Below, one piece after another: positions 29,392 through 39,300 of a stretch of 64,000 nucleotides of DNA. This stretch comes from Elusimicrobiota bacterium. GTDB taxonomy: Bacteria > Elusimicrobiota > Elusimicrobia > UBA1565 > UBA9628. The stretch is from contig CP096137.1 in assembly GCA_023213235.1 (NCBI GenBank), positions 71,587 to 135,586 on the forward strand, given 5' to 3'. Position numbers and translations under genes: made by a program. Numbering within the stretch: position 1 is the stretch's first letter; the number at the start of each line of letters is the position of its first letter. Below the pieces are notes generated by a model. The model did not search any database, was not told where the DNA came from, and saw only the letters and a program-made list of their open reading frames with translations.

Positions 29392-30722
29392 CAATGGGCC
29401 GCCGGTTCCTTGGACCACTCGGACAGCTCCAGGCGCATGAAGACCTCGACGACCTTCGGGTCGAACTGGGTGCCCGACCCCTTCTTGAGCTCGCCGAGCG
29501 CGATGTCGCGCCCGAGGGACTTGCGGTAGGGCCGGTCGCTCATCATCGCGTCCCAGGCGTCGAGGCAGGCCACGATGCGCGCGCCGAGCGGAATCTGGTC
29601 GCCCTTGAGGCCCTCGGGGTAGCCGCGGCCGTCGTACCACTCCTGGTGGTAGAGGACCATCTGCGCGACGGGGCCGAGGTATTTCACGGGCGCGAGGATC
29701 TGGTGGCCGATGATCGGGTGCTTCTTCATCTCCTCGTACTCCTCGGGCGTGAGCTTCCCGGGCTTGAGGAGGATCGCCTCGTCGATGCCGATCTTGCCGA
29801 TGTCGTGCAGCAGCGCGGCGTACTCGACGTGGCGCACCATCGGGTCGGGCAGGCCCATCTCCTGCGCGACGCGGCGCGCCTTCACGCGGGCGCGGTCGCT
29901 GTGCTCGTGCGTGTAGGCGTCCTTGCTGTCGACGGCGCGCGCGAGCGTCTGGACCATCTCGAGGTAGAAGGTCTGCAGGTTGTCGAACATGTCCATGTTG
30001 TGGAGCATGACGGCCGCCTCGCCCGCGAGGATCGACAGGAACTTGACGTTGTAGTCGGAGAACGGCTCCGCGCCGTCCTTGGCGTGCAGGTTCAGCACGC
30101 CGATCGGCTTGCCTTTGACGAGCAGCGGGATCGAGACGAAGGGTTCGACGTCGCCCTTGGACGGCGCCACGTAGCGCGGGTCCTTCGAGGGCTCGGCGAT
30201 GAAGATCGGGGTGGCGGAGGCGAACGCCTTGCCCGCGACGCCCTGGCCGGGCTTGAGGAAGAGCTTCTGCGCGTCCTCGCCGACGAGGCTGCGCGCCGCG
30301 ACGATCTTCAGGCAACCCTCGCGCTCGTCCCAGGTCATCACCGAGCCGCGGTCGCACTTCATGAGCCCGCAGGCGCAGTCGAGCACCGCGCGGCCGAACT
30401 CCTCGCGCGAGATCGCCCCGGAATGGGAGACGCCGTTCTCCTGAAGGGCCAGCAGCATCGTCAGCAGCTCGTCGAGCTTGGTCCAGCCCTCCGGGGCGCG
30501 GGCCGCCGGGGCCTGCTCCCGGCCCGGGCGCGACGCTTCTAAGGAATAGAGCCGGCGCAGAGTCAGCGCCAGAGCGGCCAAAGGGCGGCGCAAAGCGCCG
30601 CGGCGCACCAGAATAAGGCTGCCATAGGCGGCTATTTTACTTCTTTTTTCGCCGTCGATGAGCGCCTGGGCCTCGGCTTCCCCGAGCATGTCGGCGAGCT
30701 GGCCGGCGGCGCCCCGGCTCAT
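29391..30722 (-). CDS. GAF-domain / HD-GYP-domain protein (putative c-di-GMP phosphodiesterase).
   Basis: ATG at 30722 within ORF 29391..31202. The GAF-like segment is ..VAGKAFASATPIFI..VSIPLLVKGKPIGVLNLH... The HD-GYP motifs are HSDRV.., LLHDIGKIG, HHPIIGH and HQEWYDGRGYPEGLKG. Confidence 0.85.
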   Translation of the reverse strand: MSRGAAGQLADMLGEAEAQALIDGEKRSKIAAYGSLILVRRGALRRPLAALALTLRRLYSLEASRPGREQAPAARAPEGWTKLDELLTMLLALQENGVSHSGAISREEFGRAVLDCACGLMKCDRGSVMTWDEREGCLKIVAARSLVGEDAQKLFLKPGQGVAGKAFASATPIFIAEPSKDPRYVAPSKGDVEPFVSIPLLVKGKPIGVLNLHAKDGAEPFSDYNVKFLSILAGEAAVMLHNMDMFDNLQTFYLEMVQTLARAVDSKDAYTHEHSDRARVKARRVAQEMGLPDPMVRHVEYAALLHDIGKIGIDEAILLKPGKLTPEEYEEMKKHPIIGHQILAPVKYLGPVAQMVLYHQEWYDGRGYPEGLKGDQIPLGARIVACLDAWDAMMSDRPYRKSLGRDIALGELKKGSGTQFDPKVVEVFMRLELSEWSKEPAAH

Positions 30723-31653
30723 GACGGGGTCGGAGGTCTTTGGGCGTAGCGGACGAGGAGAGGGACGGCCTTCGGGCTGCGGGAGACGAACACGGCGGTC
30801 GCCCAGTACAGGCGCTCCGCGTCGTTGGGCGCGGCGTCGTGCTTGACGATCAGCTCCTCGATCTCGTCCTGGCTCGAGGAGAGCCCGATCTTGAGCGCGA
30901 GCTGGCGGCGGATCTCGGTGTCGGCCTTGGAGTCGCCCAGAATCGCGATCATCTGGTCGCGCGTATCGCGCGCGTCGGCGACCTCGATCGGCGCGGCCGC
31001 GGCGACTGCGGCCCTTTCGGCGTCGCCGAGCTTTCCGGACGTGGACCATTCCCGCAGCCGCGGCAGAGTCCTCTTCCAGTAGTAGCGGCCGAGCAGTTCG
31101 GCCACGCGCGGGCTCTCCTGCGCCTTGGCCTCGACGAGCGCTTGCGATTTCTCGTTTTCCCACTGCGCCAGCACCGAGAGCGCCTCGTACTGCGTCCACC
31201 ACGAGTTGCGCTCGGAGAGCATGCCGGTCTCGCTGCCCTCCTTCGTCTTCATCGGGCGCGAGGCGATCTCGCGGATGGCCGGCAGGGCCGCGCGCGAGCG
31301 CAGGCGAAAGGCGCCGTTGACGCCGAAGATCTGGGAGTCGGGCTCGGGCTGCTTGAGATAGGTCAGAAACAGCGGCTCGAGCTGGGGGCTGCTGGGGTGA
31401 TCCTCGCCAGCGAGTCCATGATGCTCCGGCGGGTGAAGGCGTCGGAGTAGCGCGAGAACAGGTCGAGCAGGTTGGCGACGTCCTGACCCGTGCGCGGCGC
31501 CGTCTTGGCGAGCTCGCCGAGCAGCGCGGTCTTGTGGGCGTTGCTCGTCGTCTCGAGGAATCGCTCGGTGAGCTGCGAGACCGTGCCCGTCGAGACGGCG
31601 GGCGTCTGCGCGGCGGCGGGCAGGGACAGGACGAGGAGCAGGGCGGCGATCAT
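30719..31653 (-). CDS. Hypothetical secreted protein (possibly HEAT/ARM-like helical repeats), with a frame break at the run 31384-31388.
   Basis: MIAALLLVLSLPAAAQ.. (tail of ORF 31363..32271) joins ORF 30719..31252 after one added C: ..ITPAAPQLEPLFLTYLKQPEPDSQIFGVNGAFRLRSRAALPAIREIASRPMKTKEG... Confidence 0.5.
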
Positions 31654-33111
31654 GATTTTCTCCGGGCGAGGACGCGGTCGAGCGCGGCCTTCAGGCTGAC
31701 GAGGCGGTAGCCGCCCGCGTCGACGACGGTGGTCTCCTTCGGCAGGAGCTCGAGATCCCACGACGAGCGGATCAGCACGGCGACGGTCTTCGCGGCGTGC
31801 CGCGAGAGCGTCTTGAGGGCGGCGGCCTGCCCGGGGAAGCGGCGGGCCTCGAAGCACAGGAAGACGATCCGGTCGGCGGCCTTCGCCCGCGCGGCGAGCG
31901 CGGAGGCGTCCGTCGACGCGACGGGCGCCGCGGCGACCGCGCAGCCGCGCGCCAGCCGGCGGATCAGCGCGAGCGGACCGGCGTGGCCTCCTCGAAGGTG
32001 AAGCGCTCGCGGACCTCGGCGAAGTCCGGGACGACGACGAGGGTGCCGGTACCCGCGGGCACGGGCAGGGACGTCCTTCCGCGGCGCGCGACGACGACGG
32101 CCTTCGCCGCGATCGCGGCGGAGAGGCGCTCGCCGGCGGCCAACGTCGTCTTGGGGCCGCGGCGGCGCGCGAGCAGGCGCGTGATGCGCGCGTCGGCGGC
32201 GGCGAGCTGGGCCTCGGGCGCGCCGGCCTCGCGCAGCAGGTCGACGGCGTCCTCCATGCCCTGCTCGTCATGAGCGATCATCAGCATGTCGTGCCCCGCG
32301 TCGAGGCACTTGAGCGTCGCCTCCGCGACGGGCCAGCGCCTGGTGATCGCGCCCATGCACAGGTCGTCGCTGACGACGAGGCCGTCGTAGCCGAGCGTCC
32401 CGCGCAGCACGTCGCCCACGGCCTTGCGCGAGAACGTCGCGATCTCCCTGTCGTAGGCCGGGAAGCGAACGTGGGCCGTCATCACCGAGTCGACGCCGGC
32501 GGCGCAGGCGTCGCGGAAGGGGGCGAGATGGGTCTTCTCGAAGGGGGCGCGGGGGAGCTTGATCGTCGGCAGATCGACGTGAGGATCGACGGAGGCCGCG
32601 CCCATGCCCGGGAAGTGCTTCGCGCACGCGGAGACGCCGGCGTCCTGCATGCCGCGGATGAACGCCGCGCCGAGACGGCCGGCGAGCCGCGGGTCGGAGC
32701 CGAAGGACCTGATGCCGATGCCGGGATTGTAGGTCTTCGCCGCCACGTCGAGCACGGGCGCGAGGTTCATGCGGATGCCGAGGGGGCCAGTTCGCCCGCC
32801 ATGTGCCGGCCCACGGCGTACGCCAGCTTCGGGTCCCTCGCCCGGCCGAGCGCGATGTTCCCGGGAAAAGGCGTGATGCCCGTCTTAAATCGCAGGACCC
32901 AACCGCCCTCGTGATCGATCGCGACGAGAAGCGGCCGTCCGAGGCGCTGCTCGAGCTCGTCGACATAGGCCTTGGTCTGCGCGGGAGTGTCGATGTTGCG
33001 CGACAGCAGCAGCACGCCCGAGGCTGCGGAGCGACGGAAGAGGGACACGGTCTTGGCCGACGGCTTGAGGCCGTAGACGCCGAACATGAACAGACGGCCG
33101 GGGTCGGTCAC
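31650..33111 (-). CDS. nagZ: Glycoside hydrolase family 3 beta-N-acetylhexosaminidase (NagZ-like), with two frame breaks: run 32782-32786 and about 31976-31984.
   Basis: ORF 32767..33111 (..LLVAIDHEGGWV.RF..) joins ORF 31964..32770 (MNLAPVLDV..KHFPGMGAASVDPH..LVVSDDLCMGAI) and a third-frame tail ending ..LKAALDRVLARRKS*. The start is GTG at 33111. Confidence 0.8.
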
Positions 33112-33117
33112 GCCGGA

Positions 33118-33152
33118 AGTTTAACAAAGCCCGGCGTCGCTTTTGTTAAAGT
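33118..33152. promoter_or_regulatory. Inverted repeat carrying the two divergent -10 boxes of nagZ (-) and the first cNMP-domain gene (+).
   Basis: TTTAACAAAGC-N8-GCTTTTGTTAAA (33120-33150). The arms differ by one A/T in a homopolymer. Minus strand: TAAACT (33123-33118), 6 nt, GTG at 33111. Plus strand: TAAAGT (33147-33152), 6 nt, ATG at 33159. Confidence 0.5.
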
Positions 33153-33158
33153 ACGCCG

Positions 33159-33566
33159 ATGGACGCGTTGACCTTCCTCCGCGATCACACGCCCCTGTTC
33201 GCCGGCGTGCCCGAAGACCAGCTCACGCCGCTGGCGGTGAGCTCGGCCGTGGAGCAGTTCAAGAACGGACAGACGATCATGTTCAAAGGCACGACCGTCG
33301 ACGGCCTGCACGTCATGTGCGCGGGCTCGGCGGGCGTGTGGGTCAAGACGCCGAAGGGCGTCGTCCAGGTCGCCGAGCTCGGCGCCGGAGACGTGTTCGG
33401 CGAGACCTCGATCTTCGAGATGGGCACCGCGGGCGCGACGATCAAGTCCGCCGCCGACGGCACCGTCGTGCTGACGATCCCCCAGGACTCCTTCCGCGGC
33501 CTGCTTGCCGGCAATCCCGAGTTCGTGGCGCGCGTCCAAGCCTTGATCGCCGCCCGCAAGGCCTAG
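33159..33566 (+). CDS. Stand-alone cyclic-nucleotide-binding (CAP effector) domain protein, copy A.
   Basis: ORF 33159..33566 (135 aa): ..LFAGVPEDQL..FKNGQTIMFKGTTVDGLHVM..ELGAGDVFGETSIFEMGTAGATIKS.. No DNA-binding or catalytic domain is attached. Confidence 0.75.
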   Translation: MDALTFLRDHTPLFAGVPEDQLTPLAVSSAVEQFKNGQTIMFKGTTVDGLHVMCAGSAGVWVKTPKGVVQVAELGAGDVFGETSIFEMGTAGATIKSAADGTVVLTIPQDSFRGLLAGNPEFVARVQALIAARKA

Positions 33567-33622
33567 GCCTCCGGGGGACCAAGGGCCCTCGTCTTCTCGC
33601 CGGGACGTGCTACCATAAGGAC

Positions 33623-34057
33623 ATGGACGCCATGACCTACCTGCGCGAGCGGGTCGCCCTCTTCGCCGGAGTCTCCGACGAGAACCTCGCCTCCCTGGCG
33701 CAGACCTCCGAGCTCCTGACCTTCTCCGCGGGCCAGACGATCCTCTTCAAGGGCGCGACCGTCGACGGCCTCCATGTCGTCGCGTCCGGCAAGGTCGGCA
33801 TCGTGATCAAGGTCCCGAACAAGCCCGCCGCCCAGGTCGCCGAGCTCGGCGCCGGCGAGGTCTTCGGCGAGATGTCGATCGTCGAGATGGGAACCGCGGC
33901 GGCCACGGTCAAGTGCCTCGCCGACGACACGATGGTGCTCGTGATCCCGCAAGAGTCCTTCCGCCGCGTCCTGCAGGAAGACGAGGCCTTCGCCGTCCGC
34001 GTCAACGAGCTGATCGCCTCGCGCCGCGCCGCCGCTCCCGCGCCCGTCACTCGCTGA
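33623..34057 (+). CDS. Stand-alone cyclic-nucleotide-binding domain protein, copy B (tandem paralog).
   Basis: ATG at 33623 within ORF 33143..34057, preceded by TACCAT (33611-33616) and 6 nt. MDAMTYLRERVALFAGVSDENL..ELGAGEVFGEMSIVEMGTAAATVKC.. By eye it is about half identical to copy A. Confidence 0.75.
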   Translation: MDAMTYLRERVALFAGVSDENLASLAQTSELLTFSAGQTILFKGATVDGLHVVASGKVGIVIKVPNKPAAQVAELGAGEVFGEMSIVEMGTAAATVKCLADDTMVLVIPQESFRRVLQEDEAFAVRVNELIASRRAAAPAPVTR

Positions 34058-36352
34058 AGGCGACCTCGACGTCCCGCGCGTCCGCGCGTCCCTGATCGTC
34101 GACCACTCTCACCGTGCTGCGTCCCGGCCGCGGCGTCCAGAAGAACGGCTTGCCCGACGCGGATTTCCCGATCAGCGCCCCGTCGGAGAACCACCACAGC
34201 TCGCGCGCGTCGGCGTCGGCCACGGCCGACAGCGCGATCGCGCCGGGATCGGCCGCGCTCGCGTGGTACGTGACGCCGGCCAAGGGCGACGTGATCTTCG
34301 GCGGCAGGCCGCGCCCCGAGCGGTCGGTCAGGCCGCACGCGGGGTCGTAGGGCGGCGGCGATCGGCGCGGAATCCCCGCCATGCGGAAGATGCGCAGCAG
34401 GTCCGAGGGCCAGAACTCGTAGGTTTCGGCCCGCGCGCCGTCGCGCGCGCAGGCGCGCCTGCCGGTCTTCGCGTCGACGAGGATCTCGCGGTGGACGTCG
34501 CAGGCGGCGATCGGCGAGACGCCCGGGATGAACCAGGTCTTTCCGCGCGGGCAATGGGGGCCCGGAGCGGCGCCCGAGACGGCGCAGACGTCGAGCCGGA
34601 CGACGCCGAGGCCTTCCTGGCCGAGCGCGTAGGCGTCGCGCAGAGGGCCGCGGGCGGCGACGGCGTCGACGACGTCGAAGAACAACGGGGCGGCCGCGTC
34701 GGCTCCCACGTAGGCCGGGTTGCCCTCGCCGCGGAAATCGCCGATCCACACGACGAGCGCGTATTTGCCGAACACGCCCGCGGTCCACGCGTCGCGGAAC
34801 GCCCACGAGGTGCCCGTCTTCCAGTAGACCGGCGGCCCGCCGGCCCGCCACTCGTCGCGAAACGTCTGGCGCGGGCGCGGGGCGGACTTGAGCGCGTCCA
34901 TCGTCAGGAACACGGCGTCCGCCGACAGCAGGCGCGCGCCGGGCTCGCGGGGCGCGGAGGCGAGCAGCCTCAAGGGCTTGAGCAGTCCCCCGTTGCCGAG
35001 CATCGCGTACAGCCGCGCGAGGTCCTCCATGCTCGTCTCGCCCGTGCCGAGGACGAGGCCGAGCCCGTAATGCTCGGCCGGACGGTCCAGTCCGACGCCG
35101 GCGGCCCTCAGGAATCCGTGAAGACCCGGAGCGGCAAGCCGGGAGGCCAGGGCCACCGCCGGCACGTTGCGGCTCCTGGTCAGGGCCTCCCGCGCGGACA
35201 GCGGGCCGGCGAAATCTCCGTCGAAATTCTCCGGGTCGTAGGCGCCGAAGGCCGTCGGCGAGTCCTTGAGCAGGGACGCGGGGTGGATCAATCCCTGCTC
35301 GAAGGCCAGCGCGTACGCGAACGGCTTGAGTGCCGAGCCGGGGAGCGGCGCGCCGTCAGCGCGCTGACCTCGCCCTGGATCGACGCGTCGCGCCAGTCCG
35401 CGGAGCCGACGGCCGCGACGACCTCCATCGACGTGAAATCGACGAGCATCGCGGCGGCGTTGCGGATTCCCTGGTCGCGGCGCCGCTCGACGTAGCGGCC
35501 GACGAGGCGCTCAAGGAGCCGCTGGAGGTCCAGGTCGAGCGTCGTGACGACGCGCCCGTCCCTCGTCGCCGCCAGCGCGCGGCGCGCGAAGTGCGGCGCC
35601 TCGACCGGCAGCGCGCCGCGGGCGAGAACCTCCCAGGGCGCCTCGATCGCCGCGCCGCGCCCCGCGTCCTCCGGATGCGCCGCGAGCCAGCGCTTGAACA
35701 GCCTTTTGCGCGCCTCCTGGAGGTCCCGGCCGGCGGCCTTCGCGCCGCCGGTCATCGTGCGGCGCAGCGGGTTCTGGGGGATCACGCTCAAGGTGATCGC
35801 CTCGCTCAAGTCGAGGCGGCCGACGTCCTTGCCGAAGTAGACGAAGCTCGCCGCGCCCGCGCCCTCGATGTTGCCGCCGTAGGGCACGAGGTTCAGGTAC
35901 GCGGCGAGGATCTCGTCCTTCGTGTAGAACAGCTCGAGCTGGAGCGCGCGGAGGATCTGCAGCGCCTTGCCGCGCGGGCGGCTGGAATCCATGCCGTAGC
36001 GCAGGCGCGCCAGCTGCATCGTGATCGTCGAGCCTCCGCGCCGCCGCTCGCGCGAAACGTAGGTCGTCCAGACGGCCTTAGTCAGCGACGCGGGATCGAC
36101 GCCGGGATGCAGCCGGAACCGGCGGTCCTCGTTGAGCACGGTCGCCTCGACGAGGAGAGGCGACATCTCGTGGAGCGGCACCCAGAGGCGGTGCCGGCCG
36201 TCGGGAGCGAGGATCACCCGCAGCAGGCGCCCGTCGCGCGCGTAGACGGCGCGCGAGAAGGCGACGCCCTCGCGCAGCGGCTCGGGGCGCAGGAGAGGGA
36301 AGCACGCGGCGAGCGCGGCGAGCGCGGCCGCGGCGAGAGGCGCCCGCCTCAT
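34047..36352 (-). CDS. pbpC: Penicillin-binding protein 1C (bifunctional transglycosylase/transpeptidase), with a frame break at the run 35340-35343.
   Basis: MRRAPLAAAALAALAACF..NEDRRFRLHPGVD..GGSTITMQLARL.. (glycosyltransferase 51 motifs, read at the end of giant ORF 35288..41998) joins ORF 34047..35291. Adding one C gives ..RRSPGSALKPFAYALAFEQGLIHPASLL.. (SxxK). The ATG overlaps the alpha-2-macroglobulin stop. Confidence 0.85.
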
Positions 36353-39300
36353 CGGACCTCGATCGTTCCGGGCGCGCCGAACGCGGAGTAGGAGCGGTCG
36401 TACATCGACTCGGCGTAGGCGGGGGGACGGCGAACTTTCCGCGGCTGGACGCCTTGATCTTGTAGTCGAGTTCGAGCGCCCGGCCGCCCGCCGAGCCGAA
36501 GAAGAGGACGCGGTCCTCACGGACATCCTCGTAGTCGGCGCCGCGCGGCCCTCGCTCTCGCCGGACTTCTCCTTCCACACCGGCTCGAAGCCGCCGGGGA
36601 CGAGGTCGACGACGGCGAGGTTGGGCGCGTGGTCGCCGACAAGCGTGCGCAGGCGCAGGCGCACCGTGTAGTCCTTGCCGAGCTCGGCGACCGTCACCGG
36701 GCTGCCCTTCTCGTCGACGATCTCGCGCCAGACCTCGAGCTTGCTCTTCACCGGCTCCTGCGGCGCCTCCATGTCGAAGCCGCTCTGATTGGTCTGCCAG
36801 AACAGGCGCCGCTCGGAGAGGTTCTCGATCGAGATCGCGTCCGCGGCGGGCGTGAACTCCGCCTTCGAGAACATCCCCGGCGGCATCACGAGCGCCGCGC
36901 GGCCGCCGTCCTCGCGGACCTCCTCGACGCGCGACTCCCCGGGTCGCAGCTCCCCGGCCGCCGTCGCGTAGGCGTCGAGCGCCAAGATCGAGTAGGCGGA
37001 GGACAGCGAGTTGTAGCTTCCCTGTTCCAGGGGCCCGACGACGCGCAGGATCGCGTCCGCCTCGAGAGCGGCGAGCCTCTTGGGGAAGTGCAGGGCCAGC
37101 AAGTAGACGTACTGCGCCTCGTGGATCGCGCCGTCGTAGAACCAGTTCCAGTCGGCGAGGACGGGCTCTCCGGTCGCGACGCCGCCGATCAAGTCCTGGG
37201 CCTCGGCGTCGAGGTGCAGGAGCGAGTACGAGGCGGCGAGATAGGCGCCGGTGAGGTCCTTGCGCCAGAGCTTATCCTCGGCCTTCTCCAGGCGCGCGCG
37301 CAAGGTCCGGATGAGCGGCGTCGTCACGCGGCCGTTGCGGGTCAGGATGTAGATCGCGTAGGCCTGCACGCGCGGGGGCGCCTCCGCTTCGGGCGCTGCC
37401 AGCGCGACCTTGTTCAGGTAGGCCAGGTCGCGGTCCAGCAGCTCCGCGGGTATCGAATACCCCTGTTCTTTGGCCATGGTCATGAAGTGCGCGGCGTAGA
37501 CGGCCTGGAACGGCGAGACGTGCGAGTTGGACGCCCACATGCCGAAGGCCCCGTCGTCGTTCTGTCGGGAGCGCAGGACGTCGATCGCGGCGGCGAGGCT
37601 CGTCTCGACGGTCTTCGGCGCGTAGCCGAACTCCGGGCGCTTGCGCAGAATGAGGGCGGGGAACGCCTGGCTTATCAATTGCTCGGTGCAGCCGTACGGG
37701 TACTCCTGAAGATATTTCAGAAGGCCCTTGGCCAGGCCCAGCGGCAGGGGCGAGAGCGAGGCCTCGAGCGTTCGGTACGCGGGGTACATCCGGCGCGGCG
37801 TCGGCGACGCGACGCGCCCCTTCTTGAGGCTCCCGGTCTTGAGGCGCACCATGTACGGCGTCGGCGGGCGCACGCTCAGCGAAGTTTCGCGCCGGGCGGT
37901 CTCGGAGGAAATCCGCGTCTCGAAGGCGATCGTCGCGGCTCCGAGCGACCGGCGGGACTTGAAGCGGAAGACGGCGACCGACTCGCGGTTCTCGCCGACG
38001 GGGATCGTCTTGACCCCTTCCCCGACGAGCTCGAGATGGCCCGAGGTCTTGGCCTCGACGCGCGCCGCCGCCCCGGGCCCCGAGCCCTTGACCCCGTTGG
38101 CGACGGCCACGCTGGCTTCGAACTCGTCGCCGGGCGCGACGAACAGCGGAGCGTTGGGATTCAAGACGATGTCCTGACGCACGAGCACCTTCCGGTCGGC
38201 CGTCCCGATCGAAGCGGGCTCCGCGCCGACGGCGGTGATCCGCAGCGTCCCGGCGAAGGAGTCGGGAACCGGAATCATGATCTCCCTGCCCTCGGGGCCG
38301 ACGTCGAAAAGGCCGGACCAGAACACCGCGGGCTTGTCCCGCTTGCGCTTGAACGGGTTGAGGTTTTTGCCCGCCGCGTCCCAGCCCTTGTCTCCGCCGG
38401 GCGCCATCAGCGCCATCGACAGCCGGTACTCGGGCAGGAGCAGGTCGAGGATCTGGTAGGTGCGCACCTCGAGCGCGCGCTTGCGCAGGAAGTGCGCCAG
38501 CGGGTCGGGGAGCGTCCAGCCCGCGACCTGCAGGATGCCCTCGTCGGCCGCGAACACGACGACGCGCGCGCGGCGCGCCGCGGAAACGCGGACGCGGCAG
38601 GGCGTCCCCGGCCGCATCGTCTCGGGAGCCTCGAGCGTCAGCGGCAAGGTGCGTCGCGAACGGGAGACCGTGAACGGAGCCACTCCGTGGCTGAGCGGGC
38701 TCATGAAAATCTCGCGAGAGCCCGGGTCGCGCAGGAAGCTGACGGTCACATACGCGTTGCCCTCGACGCCCTCGGGCAGGCGGATGCTCTGCGTCGACGC
38801 CGTCACCCCCGAGCGAAACCACTTGTGCGCGTAGACCTTGTCGCGCTCGATCGAGATCAGGCCGGCGCCCGCGTAAGGCGCCTTGATCTGCAGCTCGATC
38901 AGCGAGCCGGGCGCGTAGTCGGACTTCTCCAGGCGCACCTGCAGCTCGGCGTTCTTATCCAGGCTGCGCGAGATGTTGCCGTGGCCGGCCACCGAGTAGC
39001 GCGCGCGGTTGAGCTCGACGCCGGCGGCGTCGCGCAGCACGAGCGCGAAGTCGCCGGGCGCGGAGGTGTCCAGGCGCAGGGAGCGCGGCGCGGCGGGGAA
39101 GCTCAGCGTCCTCGACGACACGAACAGCTCCTTGAGGACGGACTGGTAGCGGTACAGCCCGTCGGGACCTTTCACGATCGCGGAGACCCAGCGCTGCTCG
39201 AGCAGCTGGACCGCGATCGAGGACGCCGCGACGGCTCGGCCGTCGGGACCGACGGCCGCCGCCGTGATCGAGCGCGAGCTGCCCTTCGTCACGTAGTTCA

